A stretch of DNA of 64,000 nt from an uncultured Nitrososphaerota archaeon (GCA_963799845.1 CAWCYI010000004.1:1920001-1984000), one strand, 5' to 3'. Positions 11,004-23,015 are shown, numbered from the stretch's first letter. Program-made: numbers and translations. The notes: generated by a model not told the origin, from the sequence alone.

Positions 11004-13172
11004 TCACCTGTAGTACGAAACTGCGACCCTCTCCACGGGCTTGCCTTCCCTCGAACTCTTGACTTTGCGTATTGCATCCTCGAAGTGCTTCATCGTCACG
11101 GTTGCTTCAGCGGCATGCTGCTTCGCATCCTCGGGTTTCGGATAGGCGGCAAGGTACTCTTGGAGCACGAGCGAGATCGCAGTATTGACTACTGCAGTAA
11201 TGTCCGCGCCGCTGAATCCATCCGCCATTTCAGCAACTTTATCCAAATCAAGATCTGCGCCAATCTGCTTCCCTTTTGTCTGAATATCAAGAATCCGTCT
11301 TCTGGCATTCTTGTCCGGCTGCGGGATGTAGAGCAATTTGTCAAATCGCCCCGCCCTGAGGAGCGCAGGATCCACCATGTCCATTCTGTTGGTAGCGGCG
11401 AGAACCACAACGCCTGCCAGTGATTGTATTCCGTCGAGTTCTGTAAGCAGTTGACTCACGACCCTTTCAGTGACCATGCTGTCTCCGCCCAAACCTCTGA
11501 GTGGAGCTAGCGCATCGATTTCATCGAAGAAAATGATGCAGGGAGATGCCTGTCTCGCGCGCCTGAAGACTTCTCTCACACCCCGCTCCGATTCACCAAC
11601 CCATTTGGAAAGCAGTTCTGGTCCCCGTATGCTGATGAAATTGGCTTCGCTCTCTGTCGCTACCGACTTTGCAAGTAGCGTCTTTCCCGTCCCAGAGGGA
11701 CCGAACAGGAGTATCCCCTTTGGCATGCTGTAGCCAATCGCGTCGTAAAGGTCAGGGTACTTCATTGGCCATTCAACCGCCTCCTGCAGCTCCTTTTTGA
11801 TCGCGTCCAGTCCGCCAATGTCTGACCATCGTACATCAGGAGTTTCGATGAATACCTCCCTCATGGCAGAAGGCGTGATGTCCTTTAGGGCGTTCTGAAA
11901 GTCCTCATTCGTGACCTTAAGTTTGTTCAGAAATTCCGGTGTCAGTTTGTCTTCCTCAAGCTTGAGCTCGGGAAGCACGCGTCTGAGCGTTTTCATCGCT
12001 GCCTCCTTGCAAAGACCCTCGAGATCGGCTCCGACGAAGCCGTGCGTAACAGATGAAAGCTTTTCCAGATCGACTTCCTCGGTCAGCGGCATGTGCCTCG
12101 TATGAATTTGGAGAATCTCAAATCTTCCCTTCTTGGTGGGAACCTTGATCTCGATTTCCCTGTCGAATCTTCCTGGTCTTCGTAGGGCTGGATCTATTGC
12201 ATTCTGGCGATTTGTCGCAGCAATGACTATCACCTTTCCGCGCGCTTCCAGACCGTCCATGAGAGCGAGCAGCTGAGAGACCACCCTTCTTTCGACTTCC
12301 CCCGTGACTTCTTCCCTCTTCGGAGCGATGCTGTCGATTTCGTCTATGAATACAATTGTCGGAGCTTTCTCTCTTGCTTCCTTGAAAATCTCTCTCACGC
12401 GTGCTTCGCTCTCTCCGTAGAACTTGCTCATGACCTCCGGACCCGAGATGCTGATGAAGTGAGCGTTGCTTTCGTTCGCTACCGCCTTTGCGAGCAAAGT
12501 CTTCCCGGTTCCGGGCGTACCGTAGAGGAGTACTCCCTTTGGAGCTTCGACGCCCAACTTTTCGAAGATTTCGGGATGTCTCAAGGGAAGCTCGATCATT
12601 TCCCTGACTTTTTGTATCTCCTCTTTCATCCCTCCAATGTCTTCGTATGCGACTTGTGGGACCCCCCTCAATGTCTCGCCCTTTTCGGAGATCGCAAATA
12701 TCGTCTTCTGGGTGATCAAAACGGCGTCGGCCATCGGGCTAACTCCTAAAACTTGGAAAGTCAGGCGACCCCCGAAGTACGGAATCATGATGTTGTCTCC
12801 CTTTGTTACCGGCACGCTTTCGAGCGCGTCAGCTAGATACCTTTCATCAATCGGTGGAATGGCTTCCAGCGGTGAGACTACTACCTTTTCAGCCGGCGAC
12901 GCTTTGATCTTCTTCACGGTCACAGGATCACCAATCGCCACACCGGAGTTATTACGGGTCAGACCATCAATCCTTACCACACCTCTCCCCTCATCCGACG
13001 GATACAGAGGGAGACATTTGCCAACGGTTCTTCGTTTACCCTTCAACTCGACTACATCGCCGGTTGAGGCGTCAAGGGAGTCCATAGCGTCATAATCTAG
13101 TCTGGCGACGCCTCTGCCCACGTCTCGAGTGTAAGCTTCGAGAACCTTCAAAGTAACTCCTTGCTGACTCAA
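11004..13172 (-). CDS. cdc48: Cdc48/VCP AAA+ ATPase
   Basis: N domain plus two AAA modules ([33 protein letters not shown]). Confidence 0.97.
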   Translation of the reverse strand: MSQQGVTLKVLEAYTRDVGRGVARLDYDAMDSLDASTGDVVELKGKRRTVGKCLPLYPSDEGRGVVRIDGLTRNNSGVAIGDPVTVKKIKASPAEKVVVSPLEAIPPIDERYLADALESVPVTKGDNIMIPYFGGRLTFQVLGVSPMADAVLITQKTIFAISEKGETLRGVPQVAYEDIGGMKEEIQKVREMIELPLRHPEIFEKLGVEAPKGVLLYGTPGTGKTLLAKAVANESNAHFISISGPEVMSKFYGESEARVREIFKEAREKAPTIVFIDEIDSIAPKREEVTGEVERRVVSQLLALMDGLEARGKVIVIAATNRQNAIDPALRRPGRFDREIEIKVPTKKGRFEILQIHTRHMPLTEEVDLEKLSSVTHGFVGADLEGLCKEAAMKTLRRVLPELKLEEDKLTPEFLNKLKVTNEDFQNALKDITPSAMREVFIETPDVRWSDIGGLDAIKKELQEAVEWPMKYPDLYDAIGYSMPKGILLFGPSGTGKTLLAKSVATESEANFISIRGPELLSKWVGESERGVREVFRRARQASPCIIFFDEIDALAPLRGLGGDSMVTERVVSQLLTELDGIQSLAGVVVLAATNRMDMVDPALLRAGRFDKLLYIPQPDKNARRRILDIQTKGKQIGADLDLDKVAEMADGFSGADITAVVNTAISLVLQEYLAAYPKPEDAKQHAAEATVTMKHFEDAIRKVKSSREGKPVERVAVSYYR

Positions 13173-13952
13173 TTGAAACGAGATTCCCGGGTGTGTGAGT
13201 TATTCTCATCTCTAGTATTACTGTCTTTCACAGCTTCTCAAAGTATGTTCACATCAGAACCAGCATTCCGGGATGATCACTGTTAGCTCCATTCGTTTGT
13301 CTCTCTATCCAAATCTCGCTTTCATCTTCCGGCAAGTCAAGGTAGTGATTACTTACTCAGAAGTGGCGTGGGAGTACCACAGCCATTCCATAATTGAAAC
13401 AATCAACTCCACAATGAAGAGGATATTCTTCTCTCCAATGCGGAAGATGCACGTTGGCGGAAAAGCTGTTTGATTAGAAAGGAAGTTGTCTTTCGTTGAA
13501 TCGGAGATTGATCTACGGATAGGGAGGTCCCTGAAGGTTCGCCTTCATCGCAGCTATAGCCTCTGTCGTCCGAGGAAAGAGGTACGTGTATGGTCTAGAG
13601 CCTGAAGAGGAAATAGGTCAATCCGATAATTGGTCAATGATAGTGACGTTTCCCCAGCCTCGAGGTATACTTTCTTTCCACTACTTTCAGCTCGTCGTGT
13701 ATCTACCCCTCGATAGTATAGGACGGACAGCACACCAATGTGGAGCGCCTGCTGTGCTCGAAAACCGACTGGAAGATCTCAGCCCCTCTCAGAGAAGATC
13801 GATGAGTTGGACAATCACCTGACTGGAAAATAGATGCGCAGGGAACCCCGTCCAAGCGAAAATGACAAGCGGCTCTCTGAGAAAATTGACGACCTAGACA
13901 AGCGACTCGACATCGTGTAGAGACTTGCCGTAGTCGAAGCTAAAGTAAGAGA

Positions 13953-14552
13953 TCAGGAGCAGGCAAGAAGGTAAGAATTTCCCAGCTGTTGCTGCCGAGC
14001 TTTTTCTTCCGATTCGCGCAATTCATCCTGCTGAATTCTGTTTATCAACAGCGGAAAAATACGATCGTCCTCTTCTTTTATGTGGACAGAAATGATTTTG
14101 TCTAGTTCCTCGATGCTAGACCAGCGGCTCTCCGCCATTGAATGTGTTGAGTCATGAAGATCCTTAAACGCTTCAGTGATCAATTTGTGCTGCTGAAACT
14201 CAGAAGTTATAGCTTCGTCTGATAATTTTTCTCCTCCAGAAATCTCAGCAAATACCACCGGCAGCTTGGACTCCTCGTCATAAATGTGCTTCTTCAGCAT
14301 AGCTTCTAGCTCGATCGCACGGTTTCTGGCTGTTTCGTAGTCCTGCCAGTCCTTCCTCGAGTCTAGCATGCGCAATATCCAGAGCTGTCGCTTAATTTCG
14401 TTGTGATCGCTTCTTAGAGTAGAAATGAGTTTTTTGGCTTCGTACATCTTCTGATTATTTCCAACGATATCTTTCAAGCGTGAACTTGATATATCAGGCT
14501 GCTTCTGGAGTTGGACGGTTTCCGAGCCATTTCTTCGATCGAAGAGATTCAT
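13953..14552 (-). CDS. hemerythrin/HHE cation-binding domain protein
   Basis: LRSDH, HIYDEE, QQH, HIKEEDDRIFP. Confidence 0.8.
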   Translation of the reverse strand: MNLFDRRNGSETVQLQKQPDISSSRLKDIVGNNQKMYEAKKLISTLRSDHNEIKRQLWILRMLDSRKDWQDYETARNRAIELEAMLKKHIYDEESKLPVVFAEISGGEKLSDEAITSEFQQHKLITEAFKDLHDSTHSMAESRWSSIEELDKIISVHIKEEDDRIFPLLINRIQQDELRESEEKARQQQLGNSYLLACS

Positions 14553-14586
14553 CTGTTATTCAGCATGTGTAATATTCATTACGTTG

Positions 14587-14606
14587 TATATACGCCTATG
14601 TCGAGT
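14587..14606 (-). promoter_or_regulatory. promoter with ACTCGACATAGGCG-TATATA motif
   Basis: identical 18-mer to 7233-7250; about 35 bp upstream of the hemerythrin start. Confidence 0.75.
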
Positions 14607-14753
14607 ATAGCAAGGCCATAACTAACAGCTTGGCTCTCCGCACCTCTATCCTTCTTGACCAAACATCCTCTCTTGGACCTAGTTTAACGAGTCGGCCAGA
14701 TCTTAGAAACTCATATTTCCGCAGGTAGCCGTCTCATCGAAGCCGGGCCGTCA

Positions 14754-14772
14754 CTTGACATAGACATATATA
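14754..14772 (+). promoter_or_regulatory. promoter CTTGACATAGACA-TATATA
   Basis: fourth copy of the motif, upstream of ORF 14806. Confidence 0.6.
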
Positions 14773-14805
14773 ATGTGTAATGCTTGTTACATCATGTGAA
14801 AATTA

Positions 14806-15063
14806 ATGTTAACCAACATTTTTGACCCCGCAGATGAAGCATTCGGGAATATCTCCTCTGGAACGCTTGAGGGATTGATGAAAGATTTTCCCAGGCTGAA
14901 GGAGAAAACCGACAACAAACAAACAACGCAGGCGAAGACTCATGCAATGACGCCGGATAAAATGGACAGATTGTCTAGAAAGATAGAAGAAAACAATAAA
15001 CCATATCCTCTTAGCGAAGAAGAGGCAACGCCACAAGTCCCAACTTCAGATGAAACAGAGTGA
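14806..15063 (+). CDS. hypothetical hydrophilic protein
   Basis: ATG ORF downstream of the motif promoter. Confidence 0.5.
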   Translation: MLTNIFDPADEAFGNISSGTLEGLMKDFPRLKEKTDNKQTTQAKTHAMTPDKMDRLSRKIEENNKPYPLSEEEATPQVPTSDETE

Positions 15064-16560
15064 TAGCCGATTTCAATATTGCAGACTGAGAAATTTTTGC
15101 TCTTCAAAAGCCCCTCGATACATACTTGAAACGCAGGAATATGGGGCCATAAGACATGAACGAAGCGCTCGAGAAGCCTCGCTGCGATGCCTGGTCCAAC
15201 TCGAACGGCCTGCTCTGCCGCTGCTCCGATGACCTGGGGCACTGCGGGGATCATTCCTTCAACATACTTGGCTTTCTGAATGTAGACCGCATCACCTGGG
15301 CTGAAAGGGATACTATCGCCCACGCAGACTGCGATCTCGTTACCGCGACAAAAATGCTCTATACAAATCGGGATTAACAACTTTTTTTTAGACTAACTCG
15401 CTCCAAAGTTTAACATGGTAAAACGAAAAACACAGCACTTGCAAGATTTTTTGACGGCATTGTTGGGCGAAGGTGGTGTGTGGCCTACTTCACTGGTCGT
15501 CTCCCCAAAAATGAGAAATTATTTCCCAAAAACAGTTTGACGCAACAACGACAGGCAGGGAGGGTTTAATACGTCCGCATCACCGTCCATGTGAGGTGGG
15601 ATAAAGTCGCAATGGTCAACCGTGCAAAATGTGGGGGGAAGAATTCTTGAGGGACAAGAGGTAAAGAAAGGATTTCTAATGAAGAAAAGCTACCACAAAG
15701 AATGCGCGCCCTAGTAAGAGGATATCCGAAAAAAATAACTCGTTTTGTCACGTTGTGAACCCACGATCTGTGGTTGGATCTTTCACGCAAGTTTCTAATT
15801 CGTAGTGTAGGTGATTCATGATCTGTCTTCCACGACGAGCTTCGCTCGGTAAGAAATTCAATTTTTCGTCTTTCATCAGAACATTACAGCTTCCTATTTC
15901 GTCGAATTGTAATTACACAAGAGCTGCATCAGGCAATTACTACGCCCGAATAGTGCTCTGTCAACTCTTCGGTTGCAGAATTATACAAGATCATTCATAA
16001 ACAACCGACAAGTTGACAGTCCGAAGGAAACTCTATAATGAATCAGACGCAAGAGGACTTACGTACTCCATTAGGGAGAGCTCGAAAGATTCTTTTGTCG
16101 ATGGTATAGTCCTCATCTTCATTGAGATCGACGTAGTCGGCCGAATCAATGAGTGTTGTGAAAAAACAGTTAAAGGATGGACGTGTGAACAAAACGGACT
16201 GTTGAAGAAGAAAAGGCAAGGCAGTCGTGAGGGATGCTAGATTTTGGTAACGTCTGTTTAAGTTTGTGTGATCAGGAACGGGACAATCGGGAACGTCTTT
16301 TAATTAAAAGTCTGCTTCGTACTGCAGAACTCATACCAATTGATTCGTGGTCTGAAGAAGGTCTCACATATGAAAAATACAGCACAGGGGGACTTTGAAC
16401 GCAATTGGAATAAAATAGTCAAGGACGCGGACGGTTTGGAAAACTTGAACAAAGCTCCTACAGAAGGATCGTGGGGAATTCTCTATGAATCTGGTAATCA
16501 ACTTCAAAAGGAGAAGCGGGTAAACGCTTCTCGCGTGTAAACGAAGGAAGGAGATAAGAT

Positions 16561-16827
16561 ACGTCCTATTCTGGTAGAGGAATCAGAAGGGGCTTCTCGA
16601 GCGAGGCAAAGCCCTTGAAAGTGGGAAAGGAATACGACGTACAAGTCACCGAACTTTCAAGACGCGGCGACGGCATCGCGAAGATAGAAGGTTTCGTGAT
16701 CTTCGTTCAGGGAACAAAGGTCGGGCAGAAGGTCAAGATCAAAGTTGGCAGTGTAGGTCCAAGATTCGCAAGCGCCACAGTAGTCGGGCACATCGGTGTC
16801 AGTGAAGGAGCAAGCGAAAAAAAGTAG
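16561..16827 (+). CDS. single-TRAM-domain RNA-binding protein
   Basis: GKEYDVQV.ELSRRGDGIAKIEGFVIFV..TKVGQKVKIKV; in-frame N-terminus extends to an ACG at 16561 after GGAG. Confidence 0.9.
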   Translation, partial: TSYSGRGIRRGFSSEAKPLKVGKEYDVQVTELSRRGDGIAKIEGFVIFVQGTKVGQKVKIKVGSVGPRFASATVVGHIGVSEGASEKK

Positions 16828-17059
16828 ATGCCAATCGCATTCATTCTGATCAACGTTGAAGCAGGCTCAGAAGAGGAGGTCGCCCATGAGCTCAAAGTCA
16901 TCGACAATGTAAGGGATGTCTATCTGATTTACGGAGTGTACGATTTTGTGGTAAAGGTGGAAGTCTGAAACACAGCAAAAGGTCAAAGAAACAATCACGT
17001 GGAAGATAAGAAAGATAGACAAAATCAGATCTACTCAGACCCTCATGATTTCTAGCTAA
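16828..17059 (+). pseudogene. Lrp/AsnC ligand-binding-domain protein, frameshifted
   Basis: MPIAFILINVEAGSEEEV..YGVYDFVVKVE, then +1 shift near 16963 to SETQQKVKETITWKIRKIDKIRSTQTLM. Confidence 0.8.
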
Positions 17060-17286
17060 TCTTCTAAAATCGAAGCGGAGAAATTAGGACGATCAAGTGA
17101 TCTGATCTCGAGCTTAAATGAAGGAGCGTTCATATTCTACACCATTCATGCTTAATTAGACTCAAGCGCAGCCTGTCTAGTCATAATTAGAATTTAGTAT
17201 AGTTAAGGATGGGTAATTACTCGAAGCTCTTACTGTTGCGAAGGAATGAGAGCAGCCTTTTCTCGGAATTTTCAAAGTGCGCGCGA

Positions 17287-17705
17287 CTAGTTAGATAAGA
17301 GCATGACGATGTAGTCAGGATAGAGTGATACCCAGATTAATCCTGCTCCAACTAGAAACATTACGAAGCTCAGCCAAATACCGCTTGTAATTCCTACAAG
17401 CAAAGGTTCTCTCCGAGAGAATCGTGAAAATCCATGCTGTATTCCGTATTCCCTTAAAGCATCCACGGAGTTTTTGATCTCCAAATCCATTTAGGAGTTT
17501 TGTAAGCCATGATCGGGGTAATGACCCCGGCAAAATAGAAAGTCACGGAAATAATAGTAGGATTTTTCGTCAGCATGACGGATCCGATAGCAACGAAATA
17601 ACCAATTAGAACGGCTATAGAAGCCTGCCATCCCATAACCACTAAGTGCCTATAGTCTTCGCTTAGTTCCCGATATTCCTCTTTCCAGTCGTCGTTTGCG
17701 GACAT
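17287..17705 (-). pseudogene. membrane protein split into two overlapping ORFs
   Basis: hydrophobic ORFs 17454-17705 and 17287-17490 overlap as a frameshifted gene would. Confidence 0.4.
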
Positions 17706-18124
17706 TTACGCAAAAAGTACGGACTAATATTCAGAGATACAAATCCTCGCTGTGGTTGAGCGAGTTTTACCCACGGTAAAAAGAAAAAAAGGGGAAGAAG
17801 TCAGTTTTCTTCACAAATTCAAGTCGGCAATGCGAGATATGCTGAGTACGTAGATTGATATGCGGATCTCTTCCGTGATTAAGGCTGATTTCCTCTCTTG
17901 CTAGTTTTGCCTTTTGCTTCCTCTTCCAGTTTTGGATCCTTAGATTCGGTTCTTCCGCGTTAGTACATTTTACGCAGAGTCCGGAGAGGTTATTCCATGC
18001 GAGTTGCCCGTCGGGATGATTCCTACGGTATTCTGTCATGTGTAAAAGAGATGAAGCGCAATTGTGGCTAATCATAGCAAACATGATTTTATAGCTCAGG
18101 ACTAGAAGGAGACACTGATCCAAC

Positions 18125-18943
18125 TTGGACTTTGTCACTCCGGCAATAATCGGAATCCTAGTTATTGCGATATTGGGCATTCTTCTTTCAGGTATCAAGA
18201 TCCTTAGAGAATGGGAGAGAGCGCCCCTTCTAACATTAGGGCGATTTAGGGGATTGCGGGGACCCGGCATAATCTACGTTCCCCCATTCATAAGCAAACT
18301 TCCCTACATAATCTCAACGCGGTTGCAGGTGCTTACCTTCAAAACTGAACAGACGTTTACTCGAGATAATGTCCCCGTAAATGTGGATGCAGTCATGTAC
18401 TATCAACCGATTAACGTGGAGAAAGCTGTACTCAATGTAGAGAATTATAGCATGGCGACCCAGCTTGCAGCGCAAACCACATTGAGAGAAACCATTGGCG
18501 GAGTTAGTTTTGACGATTTACTCTTTGAGCGAGAAAAGATAGGGGCCAAAGCTCGGGAAATTATCGATTTGAAAACAGAAAACTGGGGTGTTAAGGTGAC
18601 TGCTGTTGAAATAAGAGACATCACGACCCCAGCTGCACTTCAAGAAGCCATGTCAAGGCAGGCGCAGGCTGAGAGGGAGAGACGAGCCAGGATCACACTT
18701 GCAGAGGCAGAGTTCCAGGCAGCGCAAAAGATGGTCGACGCTGCTAATCTATATTCCGCAAACCCAAGAGCAATGGAGCTTCGCTGGATGAATATTCTGT
18801 ACGAACTAGGCTTACAAGGTCGCGGCACGTTGATGCTCGTTCCAACTAACATGCCGACTGCTGGAGCGGGATCGCCCCAACCAATTACATCTGTGAATAC
18901 TCGGCCGAAAAATAAACAGGAGCAAAGTGAGCAAATAGCGTGA
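18125..18943 (+). CDS. SPFH/stomatin-like membrane protein
   Basis: N-terminal TM, TRDNVPVNVDAV, AAQTTLR, WGVKV.AVEI, QAQAERERRA. Confidence 0.93.
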   Translation: MDFVTPAIIGILVIAILGILLSGIKILREWERAPLLTLGRFRGLRGPGIIYVPPFISKLPYIISTRLQVLTFKTEQTFTRDNVPVNVDAVMYYQPINVEKAVLNVENYSMATQLAAQTTLRETIGGVSFDDLLFEREKIGAKAREIIDLKTENWGVKVTAVEIRDITTPAALQEAMSRQAQAERERRARITLAEAEFQAAQKMVDAANLYSANPRAMELRWMNILYELGLQGRGTLMLVPTNMPTAGAGSPQPITSVNTRPKNKQEQSEQIA

Positions 18944-19195
18944 GCGAAAAATCAAAGCCTTCCAAGAAAGAGGAGGTCAAAAAGGACGAACAAAACGCGA
19001 AACACGAGGTAATTAAAGAAGAAAGACGGAGCGATGAAGACATAGAGGAAGAAGATCTATATCAAGAAGATTGGAACTCGGATAATTCAGATTGAAGGTG
19101 ATTTTTCCCTGTAAAGAAGTACTTGGCAGAAAGAAGGTTCTTGTTTTTAGAATGGAATCCCGAGATTCGTTTTTCATGTTCTCAATGTACAAGGC

Positions 19196-19468
19196 ATGTT
19201 GCATCGAGCGAAGAGGAAGCAAGAGAGATTCTGGGGTGTAATTGAAACCATACTAATCGGTACGGTCTCAGAAGAACATCGGACATTTTACCAGCGCAGA
19301 ATCGCTGACATAGATGCTGAGATTCTAGAGATACAGGCAGAACTGAACAAAAAGGCTGAATACCAAAAGCAATACCTAAGGGAGGGGATAAGGGAAGCAC
19401 AGGAACATAAGAAGAAAGAGGCAAGGCGTCGAGCACGTGCTTTAGATCGATGGCTAAACTGGCATTGA
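19196..19468 (+). CDS. coiled-coil hypothetical protein
   Basis: 90-aa charged helical ORF. Confidence 0.45.
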   Translation: MLHRAKRKQERFWGVIETILIGTVSEEHRTFYQRRIADIDAEILEIQAELNKKAEYQKQYLREGIREAQEHKKKEARRRARALDRWLNWH

Positions 19469-19558
19469 GACAAAGAGAGGGATAGAGGTAAAGAGACTTG
19501 AGAGAGAAATAGGCAAAGCCATAAAGTACTACTGCAACCGTCGCTCGAAGCGTCGCGG

Positions 19559-19840
19559 TTGAATACAAAAATACACGAATTGCAGCGTCTCATGATGCTC
19601 GAAAGGCTGCTCATGGATTGCGTTGAAGAGCGTTACCAGATATCAGAAGCACTTCCCAAATACATCGATTCTAAGTCAAAGTCACGGCACGAGCAGAGAA
19701 TCGCTCAACTGTTCATAGAAATTCGTGTCCTCTGGTGGGAATACCAGATACTTACAAAACCAGTCAGCGCTGGTTTGAACCTCTGGCCGATTACGAATTC
19801 ACTACCAAATCATCCAGAAGATTTTGCGCCCTCATCCTAA
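19559..19840 (+). CDS. hypothetical protein
   Basis: 93-aa ORF. Confidence 0.35.
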   Translation: MNTKIHELQRLMMLERLLMDCVEERYQISEALPKYIDSKSKSRHEQRIAQLFIEIRVLWWEYQILTKPVSAGLNLWPITNSLPNHPEDFAPSS

Positions 19841-20319
19841 TACGTAAGAAGATTTGCGTTACGTTCCGATCCTTTTGAGTTTCTTCTCCCTTTTTCAGGT
19901 TCTTAATTAATGTTGGAAAGGTGCCGCTCATGCGGACGTATTTTACAGCGATATCTCTTGCAGTTTGTCCCTGGGTGCCCATGATTTCATCGCTTGGTGC
20001 GAGTATTTCCACCAGGGTGACAGTATCGTCGAATGATTTGTAGGAAGCCATCGTAACTTGTTTTCAGGGCTGAACTTGCTCTTAAGGAGTTGTCAGGTTA
20101 TTGCCGAACAGGCTCAGGCTCATGAGGGAAACAGTGTAAAAAGTGAGACAGTGAAACACTGAACGGGATGGCCCTATTTTATTTTAAGAAGACGTAACCT
20201 TCTTCCATAGAGTCAGAATGCAGATTACTAAAATCTTCGAACATTCTGGCTGGAAAAGCCAGACAGACACTGGTTTTGACCCCAAGGTTGTTAGGCAAGA
20301 AAGCCCCTTTTAGCAATAC

Positions 20320-20571
20320 ATGAGCAAAGAAATCTTCGCCACCATTGAAACAATCAGACTTCAAATAATACCTACAAACACAGTAAATGCAAGGGGAATA
20401 GTAAACATGACCGGTCCTGGGCCAGCTTTTAGAGGACAGAACGGGGGATACAATTACATTTGCGGATTCTGCGATATTGTCCTAGCAAAAGATGTCAAGA
20501 AAGACGAAATTAGAAACAAAGTCATCCAGTGCTATGACTGCCGAAAATATAATCAGTTTCCTGTGGTCTGA
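20320..20571 (+). CDS. small Zn-ribbon protein
   Basis: YICGFC ... QCYDC. Confidence 0.55.
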   Translation: MSKEIFATIETIRLQIIPTNTVNARGIVNMTGPGPAFRGQNGGYNYICGFCDIVLAKDVKKDEIRNKVIQCYDCRKYNQFPVV

Positions 20572-21489
20572 GTTGCAATAAGTTAAGACAAACTACTCTT
20601 TCTTGTACGTGAATTTTACAACCACGTGATTCTCTTAATCCAGACTCTTGGCAGCAATTACCCAGACCGGCTTTACTCGAAGGGAAATAGGTTTGTGAAT
20701 AGGACGGGAATTTATGCGGCGATCGCCTTTTGGAGAAAGAACTGATTGTTCAGATTTGAACTCTATAAAGAAATTTAGTGCGTAAAGAAACCGGTTGTCC
20801 AATCTATTCTCCAGATAGCGATCCTCGAAAGCCCAGAGAAAAAGCACCTAATTATGATACTGGAGATTCAGTTTTTATCGACAATACGGGCCACGACCTT
20901 GAACATGCAGTTTCAGAATCCTTGAAGTCATTGGGTTTCGAAGTCTTTCTCGGTAGAGACGGGCAGGAGGACCTTATTGCAGAGGGTGCATTCGAATCGA
21001 AGAAGAAATCCGAAAAAAATTCAGAAAATGTAAGATTCTCAGAGGATGATGCTCAGATGTTCCATATATCAATGCTTTAGGACCATGTAAAATCGGAAAA
21101 TATTAACGAGAGTCAATGAGCGATGGTTTGTACCTTGTCGCACCATATGCACTAAAGGATCAAGAATAGAAATTTTAATGCCTACATGTCCGAAATGCGA
21201 CAAATTGATCAGCGTCAAGAAATCCGACGGCATGTCAAGAGATGTGGTACCCAATTCAAGAAGCTTACCTACGAATTGCCTTAATTTCTACAGAAATCGC
21301 AACGTGATCATCTCTGCGAGAGGTCATACTCGATTGGAATAAGATAAAAAACTCGTAAGAATTCCATTTGATCGTTGTCTCTTCCGTTTCACGTGCGATC
21401 GTAGCAGCATCGTGTAACGTCCGGCATCTGAAGGTCAGACCAGAATCCAGTACAAGTGGGTAGCTCTCAGTGTAACAACAGTTGGAACA

Positions 21490-22909
21490 GTGATGGCGGG
21501 AGTTGACGCGAGGATCGTCCTCGTCGGCCTTCCGACCATTGCAGATCAGCTTCACGCCGGCGTGGCAGACGTCATCTGGGTGAGCCAGGCGTACTTATTT
21601 GCGAGCACGCTGGGGTTGCTTTTGATCGGAAGGACGGCTGATCTCGTTGGTAGGGTCAAAATCTACAACCTCGGCTTTATCGTGTTCACTGTCGGCTCCG
21701 GTCTCGCCGCCCTCTCCTTCACCTCGCTCGAGCTGATCCTATCCCGGATGGTACAGGGCATTGGGGCTGCGATGTTAATCACGAATAGTGCCGCTATTCT
21801 GACTGATGCGACCCCGAGAAACGAACTGGGGAAGATACTCGGGATGAACAGCGTAGCGTACAGGCTGGGATCGGTTACCGGTCTCACGCTTTCCGGAGTG
21901 ATACTTTCGTTCACGGACTGGCGCGCTCTTTTCTACATTAACATCCCGATTGGAATTTTCGGGACTGTATGGGCTCATTACAGGTTGAAGGAGATTTCTA
22001 CGAAAGACACCTACAGGGGCATGGACTGGGTCGGATTCTTTACCTTCTCGATAGGGCTCGGGCTCTTACTCCTTTCAACCACCTACCTCAGCTTCGGGTT
22101 ATCAGGATACGACTATGGATTTGCCATGCTCGCTTCCGGAACTACCCTAATTTTATTCTTCGTGTGGTACGAGCTTCGTGGCAAGATTGCGGCGATGCAG
22201 GTGCAGCCCATCTTGGACATGAAGCTTTTCAAGATCAAGGAATTCGCCGGCGGCTCCCTCGCACAGATGTTCAACGCCATCGCATGGTCCGGGATTCTTC
22301 TCATGGTTTCATTCTATCTGCAGGTTATAGTAGGATACACGCCACTCCAGACGGGAATCCATCTCCTCGCGCTTGATGCAACTTACATTATAATTGCTCC
22401 AATTTCTGGTCGGTTGTCAGACAAGTACGGATCGAGGTCGTTTGTGATCGCCGGTCTGAGCATAAGCAGCTTTGCTTTCCTACTTTTTGCTTTCGTAAAC
22501 GTCAACACGAGCGTTTCGATTATTCTGGTCGCGCTTGCAGTCCTCGGAGTTGGAACCGGATTGTGGGGCTCTCCTAACATCAGCTCGGTGATGGGATCCG
22601 TCCCGGCTAACCGACGGGGCATTGCATCAGGATTTCGGATTACGCTCTCAAACATCGGAGACACAGCGAGCTTCGGTCTTGCAATTCTCATCATGACTCT
22701 CGTTATCCCGTACAACACGCTCAACAACCTCGTGCAGAGCTGACGATCTTTCGGGATCGCCGCCTGTGGGAAAGGAGGAGTTCATAATGGGATTCCAGTT
22801 AGTCGCACTGGTGCTGACAGGCATCAACACTATCTCTATCATTCCAGCATCGCTCGCAAAGCGCAGGGTTTCGAGTGCAAAAGTAGATACGAAGCACGTA
22901 GCAGATTAG
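21490..22909 (+). pseudogene. DHA2-type (14-TM) MFS transporter, frameshifted near the 3' end
   Basis: GRTADLVGR motif A, WRALFYINIPIG; stop at 22743 but the last TM (EFIMGFQLVALVLTGINTISIIPASL) continues in another frame to 22909; conserved YKWVALS lies upstream without a canonical start. Confidence 0.85.
22729..22760 (+). repeat. 32-bp direct repeat, copy 1
   Basis: CTCGTGCAGAGCTGACGATCTTTCGGGATCGC, identical at 22941-22972. Confidence 0.9.
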
Positions 22910-22940
22910 AGTAATTATTTACCAAGCAGCGAATCACAGA

Positions 22941-22972
22941 CTCGTGCAGAGCTGACGATCTTTCGGGATCGC
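22941..22972 (+). repeat. 32-bp direct repeat, copy 2
   Basis: identical to 22729-22760. Confidence 0.9.
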
Positions 22973-23015
22973 TATTCTCGCGGCTGGAGGTCAGATCGAG
23001 AAGTTACGAGATTCG

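Noticed and set aside
3848-13095. Many 60-150 aa ORFs antisense to ths, DUF1512 and cdc48 (likewise in the MFS, CLC and ATPase genes)
   Set aside because: These are shadow ORFs opposite well-supported genes, with no motifs.
21178-21284. Frameshifted C2HC zinc-finger microgene (MPTCPKC..RRHVKRCG)
   Set aside because: Too short, and it requires assuming a frameshift.
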